64,000 bases of DNA, taken from the NCBI GenBank assembly GCA_965207075.1, contig CBDBLO010000002.1, positions 1,600,001-1,664,000 on the forward strand, read 5' to 3'. This DNA comes from Nitrosopumilus sp. Lineage in GTDB: Archaea > Thermoproteota > Nitrososphaeria > Nitrososphaerales > Nitrosopumilaceae. Under the pieces are notes generated by a model, which had not been told where the DNA came from, did not search any database, and saw only the letters and a program-made list of their open reading frames with translations. The position numbers were made by a program, and so were the translations under genes. Of the stretch, positions 28,706 through 38,448 are shown one piece after another (the first letter of the stretch is position 1; the number at the start of each line of letters is the position of its first letter).

Positions 28706-31700
28706 ATGGAATTATCTCAGAAATTCGATGCCAAGCGCATAGAATTGCGCGTGAGGGGATATCTGGCCGAGACTGACGTCGCGTCGGATCTTCTCGAGTC
28801 CGCCAAGGACAGGGAAAAGGCCAGGTTCATAGAGGGGCCTCCCACCATGAACGGCCCGCCACACGTGGGGCACCTGAGGGGCAGGATAATCAAGGACTTG
28901 TGGTACAGGTTCAGCACGCTGCGCGGCGCGTACGTAGAGTTCAACGCCGGATGGGACACGCAGGGGCTGCCAATCGAGCTGCAGGCAGAAAAGGAGCTCG
29001 GGGTGACCGGCGGCAAGGCAGAGGCAATCGAGAGGTTTGGAATTGAGCGCATCGTGGCAGAGTGCAAAAAGATAGTCGCAAAGAACACCACGGAGTGGGA
29101 GGAGGCGGACAGGCAGCTTGGCATCTCGCTTGATCACGACAAGGCGTATCGCACATTTGATGACAAGTTCATAGAGCGCGAGTGGAAGATAATAAAAAGC
29201 GCAAAGGAGTCCGGCGTCATAAGGGAGGACTATACCGTAATCGCATACTGCCCGAGTTGCCAGACGTCGCTGAGCCACGCCGAGGTCGGGCAGGGATACA
29301 AGGAGGTGGTGGACCCCTCGATGTACTATACAGTAGAACTGGAAGGGGAGGCAGGCGTCGGCGAGGACGGCCGCGTCCATCTGGTGGTGTGGACCACCAT
29401 GCCTTTTACGCTGCTGACTGACGCGATGGTCGGCGTCCACCCCGACGAGGAGTACGCGTACGTCAGGGTCAGGCAGGATCCCGACGGTGGCAACGGTGGT
29501 GGTGGCGACAGTGACGGCAGGGTATGGGTAGTGGGCAAGACCCGGCTGGACGGATTCCTATCGGAGATAAAGGCAGAGTCCCACGAGATCATAAAGGTCG
29601 CAAAGGGCTCCAGCCTTGACGGCCTCGGCTACAAGCACCCCCTGCGCGACACCGTACCGGGGCTTGATGCAATGCTCAAAAAACACCCGGACAAGTACCA
29701 CAAGGTCGTGGCCGAGGAGTTCGTCGACGTCAATGCCGGAAGCGGCCTTGTGCACATAGCCCCCGCAAACGGCGAGGAGGACATCAAGGTGGCCGCCAAG
29801 CGGGGCGTCGAGGTCTTCTGCCCCATTGACGACCAGGTGCGGTTCACCTGGGAGGCCGGCGACAGGTATGCCGGCGTGCCCGTCAGGGATACGGACCGCG
29901 CGATAGTGGAGGAGCTAAGGGCGCGCGGCGCCCTGGTAAGGATAGGCCGGATAAAGCACAGCTATCCGCACTGCTGGCGCTCCGGGCACGCGCTCGTATG
30001 GCTTGCACGCAGGGGATATTTTTACGACACCGGTGTAATAGGAGGAAACGCCACGCGGGCCGCCGAGGAGGTCGAGTACTTTTTTGAGCAGCCAAGAAAC
30101 AGGTTCCTTGGCATAATAAACGACAGGCACCCCTGGTGCATATCAAGGGAGCGCATATGGGGATGCCCTCTGCCCGTGTGGAAGTGCAACGACTGCCAGG
30201 AATCCACGTGGCTCTATTCCAGATCCGAGATAGTGAACAACTCGGTGTACCTTCCCGACGGGGTTGATTTTGAACTGCACAGGCCCTGGATTGACAACGT
30301 AAAGGTGCGGTGCAGCAGCTGCAGCGGCGTGGACACGACAAGGGAGGACTTTGTGCTTGACACGTGGCACAACAGCGGCTCGGCCCCGTGGTCGTCGCTT
30401 GACGACTACACGTACCACAGCGACGTGCCGGCCCCGTTCCTGACAGAGGGGATTGACCAGACCCGCGGATGGGCCTACACGCTGCTCCTTGAGAACGTCA
30501 TACTCAGGGGGGAGCCCGAGGCCCCGTTCAGGGCGTTCCTGTTCCAGGGGCACGTGCTTGACGAGAACGGCCAAAAGATGAGCAAGAGCAAGGGAAACGT
30601 CCTAGAGGGCAGAAAGCTGCTCGAGGACCACCCGGCCGACATGATCCGCCTGTACTGCATGTGGAAGGCCTCGCCGATAGAGCCATTGAGCTTTAGCATA
30701 CAGGAGATGAACGCCAGGCCGCACCAGACCATCAGCACGCTGTACAACCTGCACCTGTACTTTGCGCAGAACAGCCGATACGACGGGTTCGACGAGTCGG
30801 CGCACACCGTGCAGTGGGCGGACGGCCAGGACCTGCTAAGGAAGCCGGAGAGGTGGCTGCTCTCAAGGCTGCAGGGGCTAATATCCAACGTGACGGAGAA
30901 AAACGAGAGGTGCAGGTTCCACGAGGCGGCCAGGGCGCTAGACGACTATATCGTCAACGCGTTCAGCCAGACGTACGTGAGGATGACAAGGGCCGAGATA
31001 TGGAACGAGGACGGCGACAACAGGGACAGAAGGCTGGCCATATACGCGGTACTGTGCCATGTGCTCAGGACGCTTGACGTGATGATGCACCCACTGTGCC
31101 CGTTTGTCACGGAGTATTTGTGGCAGTCCGCATTTGGCTCCGGCGATGCAGGCGGAGGCGCGGTGGGCAAAAGCATACTGCTCTCGGCATGGCCCAAGCG
31201 CGATGCTGGCATGGAGGATTCCGCGCTTGAAGGGTCATTTGACATGATGACAGGCGCGATATCGGCATGCGGCGCGGCCCGCATGTCCAAGAAGTTGAAG
31301 GGAAGGTGGCCTCTTGACGAGGCGGTCATATGCGTGCGCGCGGGGCAAAAGTCAAGGCTCGATCCGCTTGCCCCGATGCTCCAAGAGCAGATCAACGTCG
31401 AGAGGCTCTCAATCGTGGAGGCAGAGCACATGGGCGGCGACGGTGGCAGTGGCGCGGGAGACAGTGCAGGCGACGGTGGCAGTGGCGGCGCGGCCGGCGA
31501 GTCGGCCGCAAGGCTGGCCCTGGAACTTGAGGAGATCGGCATGCCCATTACAATAACGGCAGAGCTCAACGGCAAGAGCGCGGGCCCAAAGGCCAAAAGG
31601 CACATGCCAGACCTGGTAAGAAAGTTTGGAGAGACGCGCCCAAAGGAAATTGCAGAGTCGCTGCGCCGCCGCGGCTCCCACGACGTGCGCGTCGAAGACG

Positions 31701-32089
31701 GAGTTACAATAAGCCTTGACGGCGAGGACGTCGCGATAGGATACGACGCGGCCGAGGGGTACGCGACTGCCTCGAGGGGCGCCGGCGCTAATAGCTGCGC
31801 CGTATTTCTGACCACGTCAAGGAACAGGGAGATGACTGCAAAGGGGCTCGTAAAGGACGTCGCAAGGAGGCTGCAGTCGCTCAGAAAGGAGAGGGGCTAC
31901 AACCCCACAGACATGCTGGAGCGCGCGTCGATACTGGGGCTGACTGCAGAGCAGAGAGAGATGCTAGAGGAGAGGGCCGACGAGCTCGCGTTCCTGGTCA
32001 GGGTGCGCGGGATAAACTTTGAGGAGACCTGCGATACCTACAAGGACGAGGACATAGACGGCCAGGGGATCAGGGTGTCCGTAGAATAG
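28706..32089 (+). CDS. ileS: Isoleucine-tRNA ligase
   Basis: EGPP..HVGH, GWDTQGLPIE, WTTMP, ISRER.WG, DQTRGW, KMSKS. Confidence 0.96.
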   Translation: MELSQKFDAKRIELRVRGYLAETDVASDLLESAKDREKARFIEGPPTMNGPPHVGHLRGRIIKDLWYRFSTLRGAYVEFNAGWDTQGLPIELQAEKELGVTGGKAEAIERFGIERIVAECKKIVAKNTTEWEEADRQLGISLDHDKAYRTFDDKFIEREWKIIKSAKESGVIREDYTVIAYCPSCQTSLSHAEVGQGYKEVVDPSMYYTVELEGEAGVGEDGRVHLVVWTTMPFTLLTDAMVGVHPDEEYAYVRVRQDPDGGNGGGGDSDGRVWVVGKTRLDGFLSEIKAESHEIIKVAKGSSLDGLGYKHPLRDTVPGLDAMLKKHPDKYHKVVAEEFVDVNAGSGLVHIAPANGEEDIKVAAKRGVEVFCPIDDQVRFTWEAGDRYAGVPVRDTDRAIVEELRARGALVRIGRIKHSYPHCWRSGHALVWLARRGYFYDTGVIGGNATRAAEEVEYFFEQPRNRFLGIINDRHPWCISRERIWGCPLPVWKCNDCQESTWLYSRSEIVNNSVYLPDGVDFELHRPWIDNVKVRCSSCSGVDTTREDFVLDTWHNSGSAPWSSLDDYTYHSDVPAPFLTEGIDQTRGWAYTLLLENVILRGEPEAPFRAFLFQGHVLDENGQKMSKSKGNVLEGRKLLEDHPADMIRLYCMWKASPIEPLSFSIQEMNARPHQTISTLYNLHLYFAQNSRYDGFDESAHTVQWADGQDLLRKPERWLLSRLQGLISNVTEKNERCRFHEAARALDDYIVNAFSQTYVRMTRAEIWNEDGDNRDRRLAIYAVLCHVLRTLDVMMHPLCPFVTEYLWQSAFGSGDAGGGAVGKSILLSAWPKRDAGMEDSALEGSFDMMTGAISACGAARMSKKLKGRWPLDEAVICVRAGQKSRLDPLAPMLQEQINVERLSIVEAEHMGGDGGSGAGDSAGDGGSGGAAGESAARLALELEEIGMPITITAELNGKSAGPKAKRHMPDLVRKFGETRPKEIAESLRRRGSHDVRVEDGVTISLDGEDVAIGYDAAEGYATASRGAGANSCAVFLTTSRNREMTAKGLVKDVARRLQSLRKERGYNPTDMLERASILGLTAEQREMLEERADELAFLVRVRGINFEETCDTYKDEDIDGQGIRVSVE

Positions 32090-32094
32090 CTTTT

Positions 32095-32772
32095 ATGGGA
32101 ACATCGGTGCACGACAGCATGGCAGGGACGGGTCGTACTGCAAAGCCGGGAGCGGCGAAGAGAAAGAGGAGCGGTTCGGCCGCCTCTGGGAAGAAAAAGT
32201 CACCCGGTGTAATCGGGATCACGGTACTTGAGAAGAACGGCCTTGACGTCGACGCGCTGATAAACGAGCTTGTACGCAACGCCGCCGTCGAGTTCACCGC
32301 GTACTACTACTTTACCAACCTCAGGGCGCACTGCACCGGAATGGAGGGCGAGGGGCTAAAGGGGATAATAGAGGACGCAAGGCTGGAGGATCTGAGCCAC
32401 TTTGAGTCGTGCATAGAGCGCATATACCAGCTCGGGGGATCACTGCCCAACGACGCGACGGAGTTCATACGCATCTCGGGGTGCGACTTTCTAAAGCTGC
32501 CGCCGGACCCGACTGACCACAAGGCGATACTCGAAAAGTGCCTCAAGGCGGAGCAGGGGGCCATAGTCAACTGGAACAACATATGCAACATGACACTCGG
32601 CAAGGATCCGGCCACGTACGACATTGCAAAGGACATACTGGCCGAGGAGATAGAGCACGAGTCGTGGTTTTTGGAGCTCCTGTACGGGAGGCCGTCCGGA
32701 CACATGAGGCGCAAGTATTCCGGCGAGAGGCCGCACACAAGAAAGCACTCGCGCGCGCTCGACATGGCGTGA
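32095..32772 (+). CDS. DPS-like (DPSL) ferritin-family protein
   Basis: EFTAYYY, EDARLEDLSHFE, EEIEHESWF, PSGH motifs. Confidence 0.9.
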   Translation: MGTSVHDSMAGTGRTAKPGAAKRKRSGSAASGKKKSPGVIGITVLEKNGLDVDALINELVRNAAVEFTAYYYFTNLRAHCTGMEGEGLKGIIEDARLEDLSHFESCIERIYQLGGSLPNDATEFIRISGCDFLKLPPDPTDHKAILEKCLKAEQGAIVNWNNICNMTLGKDPATYDIAKDILAEEIEHESWFLELLYGRPSGHMRRKYSGERPHTRKHSRALDMA

Positions 32773-32994
32773 CCGGACATCGGTCGCGCCGCGGCGATTT
32801 GGCAGGCTTTGTTGCAATTACGGCGCAAAAGGACCGCGCCGCAAACCGGGCAATCCGCGCCGGCCACCCCGCGCAAATTTGGAAAACGGCGGCCCGCTGC
32901 AAATTTTATGCAGGTACGTGCAGGCGCACGTGCGACAGAACCCACGCACGCAGTCCCAGTTCACGGTTAAATACAAAACCACACAATGTAATTC

Positions 32995-33354
32995 ATGGTA
33001 AAGCAGGTAAGCCTTGACGCGTGGCAGGTCCAGCGCCTGCAGAATCTGCTCATGATGGGCTCGGATATCGCATCAAAGACTGACAGGGCCATAATACTGT
33101 ACAGGCAGACGCTAGAGGAGGAGGACGGGTGCTACGAGGAGATCGTGTGCACGCTTACCGCGGGCTTTGTCATAGAGCAGATAGTCACGTCAGGGGGGAT
33201 GCTGGTGCCGAGTTTCAGGCGCCAGGTGGTGCACTCCATAGTCGAGTACCCGCAGGTGCTTCTTGGCCAGAGCAAGGACAGGTTCGCGGATGTAACAAGC
33301 AGGCTCGAGGAGCAGCTCGGGATACAGGAAGAAGACGAAAGGGCGCCGGGCTGA
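32995..33354 (+). CDS. Conserved hypothetical protein
   Basis: 119-aa ORF with TTAAATA box ~25 nt upstream. Confidence 0.7.
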   Translation: MVKQVSLDAWQVQRLQNLLMMGSDIASKTDRAIILYRQTLEEEDGCYEEIVCTLTAGFVIEQIVTSGGMLVPSFRRQVVHSIVEYPQVLLGQSKDRFADVTSRLEEQLGIQEEDERAPG

Positions 33355-33447
33355 CAGTGGGCGGCAGGCAGGCGGCAGGTGTTTTGGCGACCATTGCAGG
33401 AACCGCAAGTCACAGTCGTTAAATTACGGCGCCAAACCGATACAGGC

Positions 33448-34557
33448 ATGCGCCTCTTGGAGTACCAGGCAAAGGAGCTGTTCAGGGAGTACGGCATAAG
33501 GCTTCTTGACGGCAGGTCGTCTACCAGCATCGAGGAGGCCAGAGGGCACGCCGGGGAGCTAGGATACCCGTTTGTGATAAAGATACAGGTGCCAGTCGGA
33601 GGAAGGGGCAAGGCCGGCGGCGTCCAGTCCTGCAGCAACCCAGACGAGTTTGAGATAAGGTACCCGCAGGTCATGAACCTGGTGATAAAAGGCGAGAAGG
33701 CAAGGGCCGTGCTCCTTGAGAAGATGGCAGACATCAAAAAGGAGCTGTACGTGTCGCTGTTCCTGAACCGCTCAAAGAGGTGTTACACGATAATAGCGTC
33801 ATCGGAGGGCGGGGTCGAGATCGAGTCGGTAAAGAGCCAGACCATAAGGGAGGTCGGCATGGGCGACGTGTCGCGCGAGACCGCCCTGGAGGTCGCGGGC
33901 CAGATCGGCCTTGACGGGAGGCTGGCAGACGGCTTTGCAGACACCCTGGTCAGGCTCTCGAGGCTGACCATAGAGAAGGAGGCCGAGCTCGCGGAGATAA
34001 ATCCGCTGGCAATCACCCCTGACGAATCCATAATAGCGCTCGACGGCAAGTTCGTGACAGACGACAACTCCAACTTCCGCCACCCCGAACTGGCAAAGTA
34101 CCAGGAAAAGTCAGAGATAGAGGAGAGGGCCGAGAAGAGCGGGTTCTCGCTTGTAGAGCTCGACGGCGACATCGCGGTGGTGGGAAACGGCGCGGGGCTG
34201 GTAATGTCCACGTTTGACATGCTGTCAGACAGCGGCGGCAAGCCGGCGTGCTTTCTTGACGTGGGCGGGGGCGCCACCACCGAGTCGGTATACGAGGCCC
34301 TCACGCTGATAAGCCGCATAAGGGGCGTCAGGAGCATACTTGTAAACCTGTACGGGGGCATAGTCAAGACGACGGTGGTGGCCGAGGCCTTCCTGAAGGC
34401 GTACGAGTCGGGCCTGATAGACATGCCGGTATACGCCAGGCTGAAGGGGACCGAGTCCGACAGGGCCAAGGAGATGCTGAGGGATTCGAGGACAGAGATG
34501 TTCGACTCTGTAGAGGGCGCCATAAACGCGGCCGTTCTTGGGGGCAAGAAGAGTTGA
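33448..34557 (+). CDS. sucC: Succinyl-CoA synthetase beta subunit
   Basis: MRLLEYQAK, GGRGKAGG, EINPL, NGAGL, FLDVGGG. Confidence 0.95.
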   Translation: MRLLEYQAKELFREYGIRLLDGRSSTSIEEARGHAGELGYPFVIKIQVPVGGRGKAGGVQSCSNPDEFEIRYPQVMNLVIKGEKARAVLLEKMADIKKELYVSLFLNRSKRCYTIIASSEGGVEIESVKSQTIREVGMGDVSRETALEVAGQIGLDGRLADGFADTLVRLSRLTIEKEAELAEINPLAITPDESIIALDGKFVTDDNSNFRHPELAKYQEKSEIEERAEKSGFSLVELDGDIAVVGNGAGLVMSTFDMLSDSGGKPACFLDVGGGATTESVYEALTLISRIRGVRSILVNLYGGIVKTTVVAEAFLKAYESGLIDMPVYARLKGTESDRAKEMLRDSRTEMFDSVEGAINAAVLGGKKS

Positions 34558-35498
34558 GGGACATATTCGAGGTGCTGAGGGGAAGCCCGGGCGACGCGGA
34601 CCACAACAAAAAGGGCGTCATAGTGCAGGGGATAACCGGGGCGTACGGCTCGCTGCATACAAGAAACATGATTTCATACGGGACCAACGTAGTGGCAGGC
34701 GTAACCCCCGGCAAGGGGGGGCAGAGGTTTGATGATGCCATACCCATATACGACACGATGGCCGAGGCGGTGGAGACGACGGGCGCTAGGATGTCTGCCG
34801 TGTTCGTCCCGGCAAAGTTCTTCCTGGGCGCCGCAAGGGAGGCGCTCGAGGCCGGAATCGAGCTGCTGGTCGCGATACCGGAGCACATACCGATACGCGA
34901 CACCATGAGCGCGCTGGACATGGCGCAGAAAAAGGACGCCAGGATCATAGGCCCCAACACGCCGGGAATAATGATACCCGGAATCATAAAGATAGGCATA
35001 ATGCCCCCCACGCCGTTCAAGCCCGGCAAGATAGCGGTACTCTCAAAGAGCGGCACTCTGCTCTACGAGATATCCGACGCGCTGAGCAGCGCTGGGTTCG
35101 GGCAGGCGATCACCATAGGAATAGGGGGGGATCCCGTGAACGGGACCAGGCTTATCGACGCATTTGAGATGGTCAGGGACGTGCCGGACATAGACGGCAT
35201 GGTGGTGGTCGGGGAGATAGGCGGAGACTCCGAGGAGATGCTGGCGCAGCGCATAATGGACACGGGGTTTGCAAAGCCCACAGTCGCGTATATAGCCGGA
35301 AGGGCGGCCCCCAAGGAGAAGCGCATGGGGCATGCGGGCGCAATCGTGATGGGCACGTACGGCTCCGCAGAGTCAAAGATATCCATGTTCAACAAGGCAA
35401 ACATCCCGGTTGCAAAGAGGCCCGCCGAGGTGCCGGTTCTGCTTGCCAAAAAGATGGAGAATGGGGGCGGCGGCGGCACGACTGGCGGCAGCGATTAG
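34554..35498 (+). CDS. sucD: Succinyl-CoA synthetase alpha subunit
   Basis: VQGITG, GVTPGKGG, IGPNTPG, GIGGD, MGHAGA. Confidence 0.95.
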   Translation: MRDIFEVLRGSPGDADHNKKGVIVQGITGAYGSLHTRNMISYGTNVVAGVTPGKGGQRFDDAIPIYDTMAEAVETTGARMSAVFVPAKFFLGAAREALEAGIELLVAIPEHIPIRDTMSALDMAQKKDARIIGPNTPGIMIPGIIKIGIMPPTPFKPGKIAVLSKSGTLLYEISDALSSAGFGQAITIGIGGDPVNGTRLIDAFEMVRDVPDIDGMVVVGEIGGDSEEMLAQRIMDTGFAKPTVAYIAGRAAPKEKRMGHAGAIVMGTYGSAESKISMFNKANIPVAKRPAEVPVLLAKKMENGGGGGTTGGSD

Positions 35499-35528
35499 AA
35501 TAAAAAGAGCAAGGAAGGCGATCCAGTG

Positions 35529-35696
35529 ATGCCCATTACAGACCCGGAAAAGAAGCGTATAGCCCAGCAGGCGCGCCTGGTCATGAAGATATGCTTTGAC
35601 TGCGGCTGCCGCAACGACATAGGCGCGACCAGGTGCCGCAAGTGCCGCAACCCGTACCTCCGGCTCAAGAACCGCAACCTAGGCATCAAGAAGTAG
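35529..35696 (+). CDS. rpl40e: 50S ribosomal protein L40e (55 aa; absent from the ORF track)
   Basis: Manual translation MPITDPEKKRIAQQARLVMKICFDCGCRNDIGATRCRKCRNPYLRLKNRNLGIKK. Confidence 0.93.
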   Translation: MPITDPEKKRIAQQARLVMKICFDCGCRNDIGATRCRKCRNPYLRLKNRNLGIKK

Positions 35697-35816
35697 AGCG
35701 GCGGCACGTGCCGAAAACTGGAATCCCGCTGCAGGCCCCGCAAGGGCAGCAATGAAGACCGCAGGGCCGCGCTGTGGCGGCAGAAGTGCGGGCCTGAGCA
35801 CGGGTGCGCGCCCCCG

Positions 35817-37898
35817 TCAGCGGCAGACTCTCTGCGAGGGATCGATTGTAAATGCGTCCCAGTGGCCCGCCGCAAACGGGTACGACGGGTCGTCGAACCT
35901 TTTCACCGTCAGTTCAGTGATGGTGCCGTCCGAATCCGTCGAGTATGAGTCAAGGTAGAACGGCCCGTTGCTCACCACCGGGTGCCCCCTGGCGTCTATC
36001 CACTGTATGGCCGCGTCGTACCGCTCGCTTACGTACGCGGTTGTCCTGTCGATATACAGAAAGCCAGGCACGTGGGCGTCGTGGCTCGCGCCCTTGAGCG
36101 CGACCAGGTGGCCCCTTATCAGGGCGATGTCAGAGGCGTCAAGCATGTCAAGCCAGCTTACGCCACGCGCAGACGCCGCGGCCGAATCCCAGTGGGTCTG
36201 GTTGTTGCCAACCGCAGACTCCATGGCGGCGTACACCTCCCAAGGCAGCGCGCTCCACGTGGTCGCGGCGCCTTCAATCTCGGTCTCATCAGAGTGCCAA
36301 TAATCCAGATACACCTCGATCGTGTCCCGGCCCGCGTCCGGCACCCTCAGCCCCACCGGAATGCTCGGATCGTCGGGCAGATCACTATGCTCGACGGCGA
36401 ACCACACGGCATAAAATATGTCATTCATGTCCATCGACAGGCCGTGGTGCCACTTTGAGAGGAGTAGGTCGATCACAACCTTGCTGGTGGCAGTCGTGCC
36501 CGGAGGCAGCTCGGTCCACGCATCAGCCTCCGCGCTCCAAGCCATCGTGCCCGGCGGCACTGCAAGCGTGTCGTCAGGCCCCGCAGTCTCCACGGAGGTC
36601 CAGACGTTCCTTGCAGGCACCAAGTCCGCAGTGTGCGGATTGCGCACCGCCCCAGAATCGCGCAAAAGCCGCCACACATCAAGACTGTATGTGTCAGACA
36701 GCCCTTCGACCGGGTTCCAAGAGCTCTGCGCCACGTGGCGCACGCCGATATCCAGGTGGGCGCTGCCGTCCGGCAGCTGCGCGTTGATCGGCGTGTACCT
36801 GTTTGCGATTCCAGAGCCCGGGGCGTTTACCACGCCCGTGACGCCGTCCCTTACCGCGTACGACTGGTGTGCGGCGGCAAGAAAGATGCGTACGGACTCG
36901 TCGACGCCAAGCTCGGTCGCACGCGTGACCAGAGACGCCCTCTCGTCAGGCGAGCCATACCCCATACGGTAGAGGGTCTGCGTCAGCCTGTCAAGCTCCG
37001 CGTGCTCATACTTCCACAGGGCGTTGTCCTCCGCACCTCCCGGCAGCCTGCCCGCCCAAGGGGCATAGAACGACGCAAGTATGGAATCGTCGTATTTGAT
37101 CACCCCAGAGCCGCCCCAGGCCTCCGTGTACAAGTGCCACGTTTGGGCCGCGGGGTCGGAGCCGTACACGGCGCTGTATACGTCGGACAGATCCCCGTAT
37201 ACTGTATTCACTGCAAAGCCCGCCCTGCCAAGATCCGCCACGAGCCTGTCCCCTATCGACTTGCGCACCGCGTCGTCGTCTCTGACAAATACCGTTATCT
37301 CTATGGGCTCGCCCCCGTAGGTCCACCTGCCATCAGAATCCCTCGAGGCGCCCGCACCAACAAGGGCCCCTTCAAAGAGGCGGTCGGCCTCCGCCGGGTC
37401 GTACCGCAGTCCGAGGGCGGCCAGCATGTCCTTCACCAGGCCGTAGTCTGGGTGTTGCGGGGTTATGGCAGAGAAGAGTTTGGAGCCCGAGCTGGGCAGA
37501 ACGTTTGTGATTATGTCATCCCGGTCCACCAGATAGTTAATCGCATACCTGGCGTCTGGCAACGAGAACGGGTTGAAGCCATTTGTGTGGTCGTCAGTTG
37601 GGTTTACATACATCGAGTAGACGGTGCCGCCCGTGGACTGCAGCACTTGGTGTCCCGCATCGCGCACCGCCTGAGACTCGTCTTTGGTTATCGGGAGATA
37701 GTACATGTCGATGTCTCCGGCTATCAGGTTGTCTATGGCCGCGGCCGGATCCTGCTTGATGAACGTCACGCTGTCCACGTATGCCCCCGCCTCCGCCGCG
37801 GCGTCCTGCGGCATGATTGAGGCGGCAGCGGCCATTGCAACGACCAGCGCCACTGCGAAGACTAGTACCGCAGAAGGATGCTGCAACGATGTACTCAC
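35817..37898 (-). CDS. ABC transporter substrate-binding protein (family 5, peptide/nickel-like), copy 1
   Basis: Signal peptide; FNPFSL..ARYAINYLVDR, WHLYTEAW, SWNPV, KWHHG, SNGPFYL. A GTG start is conserved in both copies downstream of a TTTAAA box. Confidence 0.88.
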   Translation of the reverse strand: MSTSLQHPSAVLVFAVALVVAMAAAASIMPQDAAAEAGAYVDSVTFIKQDPAAAIDNLIAGDIDMYYLPITKDESQAVRDAGHQVLQSTGGTVYSMYVNPTDDHTNGFNPFSLPDARYAINYLVDRDDIITNVLPSSGSKLFSAITPQHPDYGLVKDMLAALGLRYDPAEADRLFEGALVGAGASRDSDGRWTYGGEPIEITVFVRDDDAVRKSIGDRLVADLGRAGFAVNTVYGDLSDVYSAVYGSDPAAQTWHLYTEAWGGSGVIKYDDSILASFYAPWAGRLPGGAEDNALWKYEHAELDRLTQTLYRMGYGSPDERASLVTRATELGVDESVRIFLAAAHQSYAVRDGVTGVVNAPGSGIANRYTPINAQLPDGSAHLDIGVRHVAQSSWNPVEGLSDTYSLDVWRLLRDSGAVRNPHTADLVPARNVWTSVETAGPDDTLAVPPGTMAWSAEADAWTELPPGTTATSKVVIDLLLSKWHHGLSMDMNDIFYAVWFAVEHSDLPDDPSIPVGLRVPDAGRDTIEVYLDYWHSDETEIEGAATTWSALPWEVYAAMESAVGNNQTHWDSAAASARGVSWLDMLDASDIALIRGHLVALKGASHDAHVPGFLYIDRTTAYVSERYDAAIQWIDARGHPVVSNGPFYLDSYSTDSDGTITELTVKRFDDPSYPFAAGHWDAFTIDPSQRVCR

Positions 37899-38085
37899 GG
37901 GACGATTGAGGATGTCAGGTTTAAAAAACATTCGGAGTACAGCGTGAGTCCATCGCGTGACGCGTGATTCGGTCTGGTATCGTCCGGCAATGGGGGTGGT
38001 GTCGGCCTGATTCGCGGGCAGGCAAGAGCTTGCAAGTCCTGAACAAACGAACAAAAGACAAAAAACGTAATTGTCAGCTCAAAAC

Positions 38086-38166
38086 GGATCGGTCGTCTAG
38101 CCTGGTTTGGATGACACGCTCATACTGCGCAAGGCAAAGGTCGTGGGTTCGAACCCACGAGATTCA
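38086..38166 (+). pseudogene. Decayed tRNA-Val copy (anticodon changed to CAT)
   Basis: D-arm identical to the tRNA at 40714, but anticodon stem ACACG/TGCGC is mismatched, the intron is partly deleted and the acceptor stem is broken. Confidence 0.8.
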
Positions 38167-38265
38167 TGTTTTTTATCCATATTCGTGGAATAAGCTTTAG
38201 GATTATGCCGCATGCGACGGGCGCAGGGACCTTCATGCGGGGTGAATGCGATCGGGTCGGCCATA

Positions 38266-38328
38266 TGCCGCAAGTGCCGCAACCCGTACCTCCGGCTCAA
38301 GAACCGCAACCTAGGCATCAAGAAGTAG
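38266..38328 (+). pseudogene. 3' fragment of rpl40e
   Basis: Identical to 35634-35696 (CRKCRNPYLRLKNRNLGIKK*), with no 5' half. Confidence 0.88.
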
Positions 38329-38448
38329 AGCGGCGGCACGTGCCGAAAACTGGAATCCCGCTGCAGGCCCCGCAAGGGCAGCAATGAAGACCGCAGGGCC
38401 GCGCTGTGGCGGCAGAAGTGCGGGCCTGAGCACGGGTGCGCGCCCCCG

